NCBI GenBank assembly: GCA_938049075.1
Contig: CALICZ010000127.1
Coordinates: 1 to 41,258, forward strand
Reading direction: 5' to 3'
Length of the DNA stretch: 41,258 nt
From: an uncultured Candidatus Saccharibacteria bacterium
Lineage (GTDB): Bacteria; Patescibacteriota; Saccharimonadia; Saccharimonadales; Saccharimonadaceae
Under the pieces are notes generated by a model, which saw nothing but the letters and a program-made list of their open reading frames with translations, made no database searches and was not told where the DNA came from. Both the position numbers and the translations under genes were made by a program. Below are positions 1 to 7,681 of the stretch, piece after piece. How positions within the stretch are numbered: the first letter of the stretch is position 1; every line of letters begins with the position of its first letter.

Positions 1-55
1 CCCCCCTAGGGGAGGGCCACGCGCACGCACAGACGCCAGGAGGAGAGGAGCGAGC
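1..55. repeat. Terminal direct repeat, copy 1 (identical to 41204-41258)
   Basis: The first 55 nt equal the last 55 nt. 55 is a common assembler k-mer, which indicates a circular or circularly permuted complete genome. Confidence 0.95.
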
Positions 56-359
56 GAGCAGCGTGTGGAATGATACATGCATTAGGTATCGCACAAGGGC
101 ATTGAGAGGCTGTAGGATCGCGAGAAGCTATGGGATATGAGGTATAACTCATGTTGGGTAATGATTGCATACTTCCGATAATGGAGATTGTACGAAGTTA
201 AAGCAGCTAACAGGGGTAGAATGTGTGGGGATGACGGAGATTAGCGATAGAATGTGGCAGATTACAGTGGTTGTGTAGCTGTCAAGCCCTGCTCTCGTCA
301 AGCCATTTAGCGTGTAATATTCACAATTTGGTGCATAAATTGCGCCTAACATGCGTGTG

Positions 360-765
360 ACACTGGGATTTAGCTTATTTTATTAATAGTTCTTAATTTG
401 TCTATTGTGTTTGTTCGTGTATTTGCTGTTAGTTCTTCGTTTGTTGTGGTTGATATGTTGGTTGTAGCTACTTACTTGGTTGTTTACGTATCTATCGTAG
501 TTACTTGGTTAGTTATTCTTGGTTGGTTAGGTTAGGCTGATTAATCTAATGTATTTGTTACTAGCTTGGGTGTTGATGTGTTTGATTCATCTAATGTGTG
601 TATCGTGTTTGTCTATAGCTTGGTTGATAGTTCTTAGTTCATTGTGTTTACTGAGTCTGTCGTGTTGGTTATTAGTGATTCATCTAATGTATTTATGTGT
701 AGGTTATTAGTTGTTTGGTTGGTTGTGTATGTAATGTATGTATCTATGTATGAGGGGCGAGCTAG
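360..765. other. G/T-skewed low-complexity non-coding tract with 3 imperfect TGATT(A/C)ATCTAATGT repeats
   Basis: No ORF in the track. Repeats at 538-556, 583-597 and 676-694. Very T/G rich on the + strand. Confidence 0.8.
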
Positions 766-827
766 CTACCAGTACTATGCATTACAAGATAGTGAATAGT
801 AGGTGCTAGACATCAGGTAGATATAAG

Positions 828-836
828 TTATCCACA
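828..836 (+). promoter_or_regulatory. Consensus DnaA box TTATCCACA
   Basis: Perfect 9-mer about 50 bp upstream of the first early promoter. Confidence 0.5.
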
Positions 837-886
837 GAGCTAACAGTGGTGGAGTGAGAAAGTCAAAGAAAAATGCACAAAAGGGG

Positions 887-915
887 TTGCAAAAGAGAGA
901 ATGAGGGAGTACTAT
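887..915 (+). promoter_or_regulatory. Sigma70-type early promoter
   Basis: AAAAGGGG-TTGCAA-17 bp-TACTAT upstream of the RBS (AAGGAG) of ORF 957. Confidence 0.7.
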
Positions 916-956
916 AAGGACAGAACAAAAGAGAACGCAAGAAGGAGACAAAAGCA

Positions 957-1286
957 ATGTGGACAGTACCAGAACGAGAGACAACGAAGCGAGAAGGTTT
1001 CGAAGGGTTTCTAGACAAATCAATCGATCGGCACGGTTTCTGGCTTAAGAACCATCGCAACATTATCCAGGATTACCTGGAGGTCTACAGAGACAATGGC
1101 TGGAGCTGGGACACCATCCAAGCTGATCTAAAGAACTTTGATAGCCCGCTGCTCAAGAATGTATACAAACTAATCGACTTAGCACGTAAGGAAGCATACA
1201 AGGTTTACGGTAAGGATGTTACAGATCTTGACTACATCGACCAACTAGAGTGCACCAGCCGAGCATTAGATCAACTAGACGACTAA
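957..1286 (+). CDS. Early hypothetical protein, paralog of the C-terminal half of ORF 1330
   Basis: 109 aa with AAGGAG RBS. Aligns with the C-terminal half of ORF 1330 (HRNII/HRDLI, LIDLARKEAY/LISIAKAYAY). Confidence 0.85.
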   Translation: MWTVPERETTKREGFEGFLDKSIDRHGFWLKNHRNIIQDYLEVYRDNGWSWDTIQADLKNFDSPLLKNVYKLIDLARKEAYKVYGKDVTDLDYIDQLECTSRALDQLDD

Positions 1287-1329
1287 CTATCACCAATAAA
1301 GCAACTATAAAGGAATAAAGGATAAAGCA

Positions 1330-1959
1330 ATGAACTACTACTACATCAACACAACAACTGAATACGACGAAGTTATGAACTGGAACGGTGAGACATTCGT
1401 AGAATACGGCCCAAATGTTGTGAGTATTAAGCAGTATGACACTATGGAGCAGGCGCTAGCTGCTTGGGATGAGGCTGTCAAGACAGCGCGAGACATGAAC
1501 GCACAGAGTGTACAAATCACAAAGGTAGAGCTGGCTACTGAGACACTGGCAGTGAGTGACAAGGTAGTAAAGCGTATCGAACTAAAGGGCTACAAGACAG
1601 ATAAAGAACACTTTGAGCTGATGCTAAAGCTTACCAAGAAAGCACGGGGCGACTACTTGATCAAGCATCGTGACCTCATCGAAGAGTACGTGACTGTTTG
1701 GGCTGATGGTCGACACTGGGGGCAAGTAACTACTGAGCTTGAGGATGAAAACAGCACCATTTACAAGCAGGTTAATGCACTTATCTCTATAGCCAAGGCT
1801 TACGCTTACGATGACTACAAGACAGACATAGAGGAGTTGAGCGAGGCAGCTCGTATGCGGTGTGTGTTCAGGGCTGTGGCTTTCCTACAGATGGAGGACA
1901 GCAAGCAGATGGCAAAGGCTAAAGTGCAGTACGGCGTTGATTGGGCTTTAGTATTCTAG
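1330..1959 (+). CDS. Early two-domain hypothetical protein
   Basis: 209 aa with AAGGA RBS. The N-domain resembles ORF 3469 and the C-domain resembles ORF 957. Confidence 0.85.
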   Translation: MNYYYINTTTEYDEVMNWNGETFVEYGPNVVSIKQYDTMEQALAAWDEAVKTARDMNAQSVQITKVELATETLAVSDKVVKRIELKGYKTDKEHFELMLKLTKKARGDYLIKHRDLIEEYVTVWADGRHWGQVTTELEDENSTIYKQVNALISIAKAYAYDDYKTDIEELSEAARMRCVFRAVAFLQMEDSKQMAKAKVQYGVDWALVF

Positions 1960-1978
1960 GATAGGACTACAGAGGGTA

Positions 1979-2010
1979 AGGCATCAGTGAACAGCTGGTG
2001 CTTTTCTCTT
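1979..2010 (+). terminator. Intrinsic terminator
   Basis: AGGCATCAG-loop-CTGGTGCTT hairpin followed by TTCTCTTT. Confidence 0.6.
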
Positions 2011-2238
2011 TGGTGTCTAACGCAAATAACCACACGTGGTGGTGTGGGATAAAAGGTAATCATACATATTATGGGTGATATGTATGTGGTTGATTGAATT
2101 TGTATAGGTTATGACTTCTACCAGCGTTTGTGCACATTGGCATCACCTCTATGCATGTATTCGCGGATGATGTCGGCTACTGGGGTTTACAAAGTGCTAG
2201 ATAACCTAGTGCTTACTATTGTAACACTGTGGTTTATA

Positions 2239-2640
2239 TTAGTCTAGAAGGTCTTGTATGTTCACTTTTGCGTGGGCTGTTACTGAGCGCTGGATAGCCT
2301 TGCCGCGTACATGATCTAGAACATAGTGGACATTTTGGGTGGCGATCTTCTCATTTTCAGAGTTTACGAGCTCCTCTAGCCTGTTAGCTGCTGTAATAGC
2401 AGATTGTTGCATGTACATATCTAGGTACTCATTAACGTTTTTAGCACCAGAGGGTTTGAGCATCTCTAGTATCTGCTGTGCTGTGGCGGTTTTAGGGTCT
2501 TGTGGGCGTGGGGTGGCATCAGCCTTGATGACCTCCGCTAACTCCTTGGTGTCTTCCTTGGAGACTCCAGGAGGTGTGAGGAAATCGTAAATGTCTTGGT
2601 GGTCTTTGGTTTGTTTCTTAATCTTTTGAATGTTAGCCAT
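2239..2640 (-). CDS. Putative terminase small subunit
   Basis: 133 aa with TAAGGA RBS. The C-terminal AANRLEELVNSENEKIA...VLDHVRGKAIQR helical motif is typical of TerS-like proteins. Same strand as terL. Confidence 0.55.
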   Translation of the reverse strand: MANIQKIKKQTKDHQDIYDFLTPPGVSKEDTKELAEVIKADATPRPQDPKTATAQQILEMLKPSGAKNVNEYLDMYMQQSAITAANRLEELVNSENEKIATQNVHYVLDHVRGKAIQRSVTAHAKVNIQDLLD

Positions 2641-2673
2641 TGTGTGTGTCCTTATTTGTTATGTGTCTACTGT

Positions 2674-2682
2674 ATTATACCA
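2674..2682 (-). promoter_or_regulatory. Extended -10 promoter (TGGTATAAT) for the putative terS
   Basis: TGn-TATAAT 34 nt upstream of the start codon. Confidence 0.65.
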
Positions 2683-2694
2683 CTAGGGTGGGGG

Positions 2695-2703
2695 TGTGGA
2701 TAA
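2695..2703 (-). promoter_or_regulatory. Consensus DnaA box
   Basis: TGTGGATAA located between divergent promoters. Confidence 0.5.
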
Positions 2704-2730
2704 CTTGGGCAATTAAAAGAGAGAAAGGGG

Positions 2731-2759
2731 TTGCATTAAAAGAGAGGACGCGCTACAAT
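2731..2759 (+). promoter_or_regulatory. Sigma70-type early promoter
   Basis: AAAGGGG-TTGCAT-17 bp-TACAAT. Confidence 0.7.
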
Positions 2760-2764
2760 AGAGA

Positions 2765-2915
2765 CAGTTCAGAGATGAACAGGAAGCGAAAGCAAGGTGG
2801 CGCAACTCCACCAAGAACCAACTACATAGGGCTTGACCTTCCGCGTTAACAATAAAGCCAGATGCGTGGGTGAGTATGCGAGGCTCACCCACCCTGACTA
2901 GAGATAAAGGGGTCA
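2765..2915 (+). ncRNA. Candidate structured leader RNA / ncRNA
   Basis: Hairpins GTTCA-GAGA-TGAAC, GC-GAAA-GC, GGTGG..GCAA..CCACC and a 9-bp GTGGGTGAG/CTCACCCAC stem. Long-range pairing TGACCTT/GGGGTCA. Confidence 0.5.
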
Positions 2916-2916
2916 C

Positions 2917-3000
2917 ATGACGATAAAGACAACAGGTAGTACATTCAAACTGAACGGCTTACGAGTTGTGGCCGGAGTAGAAGCGATAATAAAAGGTTAA
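2917..3000 (+). CDS. Small ORF, 27 aa (MTIKTTGSTFKLNGLRVVAGVEAIIKG)
   Basis: AAAGGGG RBS upstream. Fills the gap before ORF 3015. Confidence 0.4.
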   Translation: MTIKTTGSTFKLNGLRVVAGVEAIIKG

Positions 3001-3014
3001 ACGGAGATATAACA

Positions 3015-3206
3015 ATGCAAGCACGTAAACAATCATGGATCACAAGCGCAGTAGCATGGGTACTGATGGTGGTAGCATTCACAGCAATTTGCTACGGGTA
3101 CACAGCACCAGACAGTAGCACAGAGCAGCGACAAGCACGAGTAACCTACACATGTAGCACTTACACAAAGGATCATCTAACTAGCTACGAGTGCGACAAA
3201 AACTAA
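3015..3206 (+). CDS. Small membrane-anchored protein
   Basis: GGAG RBS. One hydrophobic helix, then a domain with a Cys pair. Confidence 0.75.
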   Translation: MQARKQSWITSAVAWVLMVVAFTAICYGYTAPDSSTEQRQARVTYTCSTYTKDHLTSYECDKN

Positions 3207-3254
3207 CTCACTTGCAAAATACAACTAACTTGATCAATAATAGGAGAACTGAAG

Positions 3255-3479
3255 ATGAAACTCAAAGCAACACTTTACGTACTAGCTGTAACGGCTATCA
3301 CCACATTGCATGCACTTGCTGCCCTCTGGTGTTACCATCACTGGCTAGACAATGTACTAATCCTTATCTTGTCTATCGCTGTTATTCTGTCCTTTGTGGG
3401 CCAAGCGTTACACTGGGGTACGGTATTCACACTGTGGCTTAATTACATGATTTGTCCAGAGCACGCCAATGATAACTAA
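3255..3479 (+). CDS. Small multi-pass membrane protein
   Basis: AGGAG RBS. 2-3 hydrophobic segments. Confidence 0.75.
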   Translation: MKLKATLYVLAVTAITTLHALAALWCYHHWLDNVLILILSIAVILSFVGQALHWGTVFTLWLNYMICPEHANDN

Positions 3480-3732
3480 ATACTACATAGAATCAGTACA
3501 AGGCGATGTGAGGCGTTTCTGGGGCGGTAGGAAGTGGAGACAGTATAGGAGCCGCGCCAAGGAATATAACGCAGCAGGCGACGCCCTACGCGCTCACAAG
3601 GCTATCTGTGAGGAGGGTTACCAGACAAGCGTAGTGGCAACCAACATAGATAGGGACGGCTGGCCAATCATGAGTTGGGATGTCATCAAGACAAACGGGC
3701 TACTAGAACAACAAACCAAGATTAAACTATAG
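3469..3732 (+). CDS. Hypothetical protein related to the N-domain of ORF 1330
   Basis: Shares the YYI...W.G...Y...K.Y...AL.A pattern. Confidence 0.75.
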   Translation: MITKYYIESVQGDVRRFWGGRKWRQYRSRAKEYNAAGDALRAHKAICEEGYQTSVVATNIDRDGWPIMSWDVIKTNGLLEQQTKIKL

Positions 3733-3745
3733 GAGAACTATAACA

Positions 3746-3898
3746 ATGAGTTACGAACAAACAGGTAGTACAAGCAAGATGATCAAGAGCTTTATTAAGG
3801 CAGCATGGCATGAGGCAATGCCTTACGTAGTGGCGTTAGCTTTCGGTGCATGGGGTTTGATCACACTGTGGTTACTTGCACAACCAGGCCAAATTTAG
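3746..3898 (+). CDS. Small membrane protein, 50 aa
   Basis: AGGAG RBS. MSYEQTGSTSKMIKSFIKAAWHEAMPYVVALAFGAWGLITLWLLAQPGQI (not in the ORF track). Confidence 0.7.
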   Translation: MSYEQTGSTSKMIKSFIKAAWHEAMPYVVALAFGAWGLITLWLLAQPGQI

Positions 3899-4105
3899 TG
3901 AGTAAATCTGAATAGAAAGTAGCAGGTATCGGGATATGAACAACCAATGGCTGGACGGTATGCGTCGCTGGTGGGCTATGCGGGCATCAAAGATGAATAG
4001 GGCGGGGATGATTTATGGAGCAGTTAGATATTAATGATTGTATTGCCATCTGTGAAGCGATTGGCGGATTTGAAAAGAAAAATATAAAGGAAGGGGAAGG
4101 GGAAA

Positions 4106-5410
4106 GTGAAGTATAAGCTACGGCCATATCAAGAGGAAGCCAAGAACGCAGCGCTTCAACATATTGCATATAGGGAGCGGCCAGGCATTGTGGTGGCCAG
4201 CACCGGGAGCGGCAAGTCTCTTATAATAGCGGCAATTTGTCGTGAGTTAGACGACAATATCATTGTCTTGCAGCCTAACCGTGAGTTGGTTTTGCAGAAT
4301 TACGAGAAGTTCACGAGCTATGCACCAGAGCTTGAAGCGGGGATATATTCAGCCAGTGCTGGGGCTAAAGACATCAGGAAGGTGACATTTGCGACGATTG
4401 GTAGCATCTACAAAAAGCCGGAACTATTCCGTCATTTCAATTACGCTATCCTTGATGAATGCCATGGGTTGAACCCTAAACAACTTGGTAGCACTATGCT
4501 TGGTAAGTTTCTACGAGGGGCAGAGATTGGCAATGTGATTGGACTGACTGCTACGCCATATCGAGTTGATACTGTGTATACGTGGGAGAATGGGCAGCTC
4601 AATGGTAGCGCGGGGCTCAAGATGTTGAATCGTATGGGTAAAAAACCCTTTTTTGGTAACATCTGCTACAAGATTGAACATAAAGAGCTTGAACAAATGG
4701 GATATTTAGCACCCATCAAGTACTACCAAGACAAGACATCCTGGGCAGACCTCAAGGTGAATAGCACAGGGGCTAACTTTACGGATGAATCGGCCAAGGT
4801 GTTTGGTGGGCGTATTATTAGCCGCACAGTACAGGCCATCAACTACGCAGAGAAGCACCACAAGCGGTGTTTGGTATTCTGCCAGACTGTTAGCCAGGCG
4901 GAGAGTATCCAGGAGATTATGCGTGATGAGTTTGGGCTTGAGGTTGGGCTGGTTACAGCCAAGACGCCAGGTAAAGAGCGTGAGGAGCTTGTACGACGCT
5001 TTAAGAGCGGTGAATTGAAAACCATGCTCAATATGGGCGTATTCACTACCGGCTTTGACGTCCCGGAGCTAGATTGCATCGTGATGTCTCGTGCCACTAT
5101 GTCTTTGGCTTTGTGGTATCAGATGATTGGGCGGGGTGTGCGTCTTGATCCTAATGATCCTAATAAGGTGCTACACGTGTATGACATTGCCAATGTGACG
5201 GAGAAGTTAGGGCGAGTGGAGACTATTCGCGTTCAGAAGGAAGCTGGTGGCTTTCGTGATGAGGTGTGGAGTGAGAAGGGCCGGCTGGATAATAAGATCA
5301 TGTACACCTACACGATCAACCGCAAGGGTTCAGACGCCAAGGAAAAGCCAAAGTCTAAACCTAAATACCAAAAGCTTGTGCCACAAGTGGGTACATTCAT
5401 GCGTAAGTAG
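4106..5410 (+). CDS. Superfamily 2 DEXH helicase (RadD/YejH-, UvsW-like)
   Basis: LRPYQ Q-motif, STGSGKS, DECH, TAT, FTTGFDVP and QMIGRGVR. Confidence 0.93.
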   Translation: MKYKLRPYQEEAKNAALQHIAYRERPGIVVASTGSGKSLIIAAICRELDDNIIVLQPNRELVLQNYEKFTSYAPELEAGIYSASAGAKDIRKVTFATIGSIYKKPELFRHFNYAILDECHGLNPKQLGSTMLGKFLRGAEIGNVIGLTATPYRVDTVYTWENGQLNGSAGLKMLNRMGKKPFFGNICYKIEHKELEQMGYLAPIKYYQDKTSWADLKVNSTGANFTDESAKVFGGRIISRTVQAINYAEKHHKRCLVFCQTVSQAESIQEIMRDEFGLEVGLVTAKTPGKEREELVRRFKSGELKTMLNMGVFTTGFDVPELDCIVMSRATMSLALWYQMIGRGVRLDPNDPNKVLHVYDIANVTEKLGRVETIRVQKEAGGFRDEVWSEKGRLDNKIMYTYTINRKGSDAKEKPKSKPKYQKLVPQVGTFMRK

Positions 5411-5433
5411 GCCTACAATTGCGTTTACACATT

Positions 5434-5460
5434 GAGATGGGAGTTTACCCATCTTTTTGT
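5434..5460 (+). terminator. Intrinsic terminator
   Basis: AGATGGG-AGTTTA-CCCATCT followed by TTTTGT. Confidence 0.7.
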
Positions 5461-5502
5461 GTTTGGCTTATTCTGTAGCTTCTCACGCTGTCTGAGCGGG
5501 TA

Positions 5503-5556
5503 TTGCCCTATTGCAATGTGAGTGCTATTATCAGATTGATATCAATTTTAGCACTA
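5503..5556 (+). promoter_or_regulatory. Replication-module promoter with palindromic operator-like site
   Basis: TTGCCC-17 bp-(TGC)TATTAT. Perfect palindrome ATTGATATCAAT (5535-5546) flanked by AGTGCTA/TAGCACT. Confidence 0.55.
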
Positions 5557-5569
5557 CAAAGGAGAGCTA

Positions 5570-6034
5570 GTGGATAAAAATACTAATATCAAATTGAGGA
5601 AGCCCCGTGCATTGAGTACAAAGCACTATTTGCTGTGCGAGCCATACATGGCTATACGGTATGGACTCCAGGCGGGTATGGTGTGGGCGGCGCTGGTTGA
5701 TTTTAGCAATGAGCGCGATATGGGCACTGGGTTCAAGATTTCCTACGAAGAGCTGGCTATTAAGACAGCTACTGTGGGTTATTCTGCTTGCAAACGGTTG
5801 TGCCGTCTGTTTTGTGCGGATGGTTGGCTAGAGGACAAGCGGGGAAATCTATACTACCCTGAATACCGTATAGCCCGTATACCACCAAAGGTTAGTAGGG
5901 ACTTGAACGACAAGCGACTTACAAAGCCTAGTAAGTTCGGCAAGGGCAATTACAAATCAAATGGTGCATACAGTCATAAGCGCCAGAGAAAATTAGATAA
6001 TTTGATTAAACAGATAAAGGAAGATGAGGAGTAA
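5570..6034 (+). CDS. Winged-helix protein of replication-initiator N-domain type
   Basis: MAIRYGLQAGMVW...SYEELA...ACKRLCRLFCADGWLE. Confidence 0.6.
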   Translation: MDKNTNIKLRKPRALSTKHYLLCEPYMAIRYGLQAGMVWAALVDFSNERDMGTGFKISYEELAIKTATVGYSACKRLCRLFCADGWLEDKRGNLYYPEYRIARIPPKVSRDLNDKRLTKPSKFGKGNYKSNGAYSHKRQRKLDNLIKQIKEDEE

Positions 6035-6039
6035 GAGAT

Positions 6040-6318
6040 ATGGAGCTTGATCCACGAGTGACAGAGGAGCACGGTATAGTAGCTGGGCTGCTCATGCCAG
6101 ACTGGAATTTTATGGTAGTGAATTACCACGACGGTAACTATTTCTATGAGACGTCAGTGGCTGAATGCCAGAGGTTTTTGCCTATGAAAACAACATTTAA
6201 GGAAATCAAAGATGCTATAGTGAGCCTAGAGGAGGACGGGTACATCGAGACTATTGGGTTCACTAGGTCTATGCCAGCAGAAAATAAATTTAAAGTAACG
6301 ACCCACAGCAAGGAGTAG
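6040..6318 (+). CDS. Small winged-helix protein of replication-initiator N-domain type
   Basis: DPRVTEEHGIVAGLL...SVAECQRFLP...EIKDAIVSLEEDGYIE. Confidence 0.6.
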   Translation: MELDPRVTEEHGIVAGLLMPDWNFMVVNYHDGNYFYETSVAECQRFLPMKTTFKEIKDAIVSLEEDGYIETIGFTRSMPAENKFKVTTHSKE

Positions 6319-6322
6319 AGAA

Positions 6323-7681
6323 ATGACTAGAAAAGAAAAGAACCCCAACAATAGGATTGGTGATGCCTACATATCGGGGTATTATGGCAACAGCCTTATT
6401 GGGGTTGTCTATAACAATATAGCATATTCAATCATAGAGATCCAGAAAAAACAGGATGTTGACGCTGTCTACAGAACAGTAAAGCAGATTAGAGAATGGG
6501 TGTTTTGGGCCAGCGAGAAACAGATCAAGCGATGTGTTAAAACCCTAATCGATGATGGGTGGATCACAGTAGTCTACAAGAAGCACAAAAAACGATACTT
6601 TGAGCTTGGTCGACCCGTGCCGACACTACCAAAACCCAAAGACCCTGGCTACCTAGAAGCTGTCCAAAAATGCATTGAGGATGGCAAGAATAAAACAAAA
6701 ACTACTAAAGATCAAGGGACATTTTGTCCCCCAAAAAGTACCCAAAGTGAGGCTGAAAATGTTCAGAGTCAGGGGACATTTTGTCCCCCAATAATTGCTC
6801 GTCAGGGGACATTTTGTCCCCCAAACACCTCTATATATAAGATTAATAATAATAAGAAAAATATCTGTCGAGACTCTAGCGAGTCTCTCCAGATGGCGTC
6901 GCGGCGCAAGCAAGCTTGCACCACTCCGCCCCTCGCCGGCGCGCAGCAAGCTGCTTGCCTCGTGCCTCCGCCAGCAGAGCTGGCGTCCCCACAGTCCGAC
7001 CCCGCTTCGCTGGGTCTAGGCTCCAGGAACAAGTTTGTTCCTGATGCCCATAGAGGTGCTCCGCACCTCCCCCCCCAAGTTCCGCCGCCCCCCCCACAAA
7101 ACAGAGCAAAAGAGAGAAAGGCAACTCCCGGCCTGCCCGCCAGCCACCCAGACGTGAAACTTCTCGTGCCGTTACTCAAGCAAGTGCACGCCAAGATCAC
7201 GCCAAATGACCCACGGCGTGATTGGACTAAGAACGCTAACGTGATGTTAGGCCATATGAAGCGCTCAGAGGCCGCGTATGCGTTCAAAACCCCCCAAGAG
7301 GCTGCATCATACCTCCAGATGGTTTTGACGTTTCCTTGGGCCGCCTACGCGGCTCTCACGGGCTTTCCATTCAAGCTCGACAGCCTACGTGGAATAATCG
7401 ACTGGAAGTCCACCAAGATGCTACGAGCTATGAACCTATTTCTCAACCGCCCTGTCGACAGTGCACCGCGTGAGATCAAGCTGCTAGAGAAAAACAAATA
7501 TCTCCAGATGGTGTGCCCTCAGTACGACATCGATTGGCCAGTGGAAGCCAAGGCTAACGTACGCAAAGACAGGGTGAGATACTTCCGTGGTATGCAAATT
7601 GATAACGAAATGGGGTTGCTATTCAATAAAGTGCGTGATATCATGGAAGAAGAATCAAAAAAGATAAAAGGAGAACAATAA
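6323..7681 (+). CDS. Phage replication initiator (lambda O-like architecture)
   Basis: N-terminal wHTH (SEKQIKRCVKTLIDDGWI), internal iterons encoding QGTFCPP x3, Pro-rich linker. Lies directly upstream of the helicase. Confidence 0.8.
   Translation: MTRKEKNPNNRIGDAYISGYYGNSLIGVVYNNIAYSIIEIQKKQDVDAVYRTVKQIREWVFWASEKQIKRCVKTLIDDGWITVVYKKHKKRYFELGRPVPTLPKPKDPGYLEAVQKCIEDGKNKTKTTKDQGTFCPPKSTQSEAENVQSQGTFCPPIIARQGTFCPPNTSIYKINNNKKNICRDSSESLQMASRRKQACTTPPLAGAQQAACLVPPPAELASPQSDPASLGLGSRNKFVPDAHRGAPHLPPQVPPPPPQNRAKERKATPGLPASHPDVKLLVPLLKQVHAKITPNDPRRDWTKNANVMLGHMKRSEAAYAFKTPQEAASYLQMVLTFPWAAYAALTGFPFKLDSLRGIIDWKSTKMLRAMNLFLNRPVDSAPREIKLLEKNKYLQMVCPQYDIDWPVEAKANVRKDRVRYFRGMQIDNEMGLLFNKVRDIMEEESKKIKGEQ
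6712..6865 (+). repeat. Putative replication origin: 3 palindromic 23-bp iterons plus AT-rich tract
   Basis: TCA(A/G)GGGACATTTTGTCCCCCAA at 6712, 6769 and 6802, followed by TATATATAAGATTAATAATAATAAGAAAAATAT. Confidence 0.85.

Noticed and set aside
5520..5556. CIRCE (HrcA) element
   Set aside because: The half-sites GAGTGCTA and TTAGCACT are in the reverse order and 19 bp apart rather than 9.
6712..6824. Three palindromic 23-bp repeats as a mini-CRISPR
   Set aside because: Spacers are 34 and 10 bp, the repeats are in frame in an initiator gene next to an AT tract, and no cas genes are present. Iterons explain them better.
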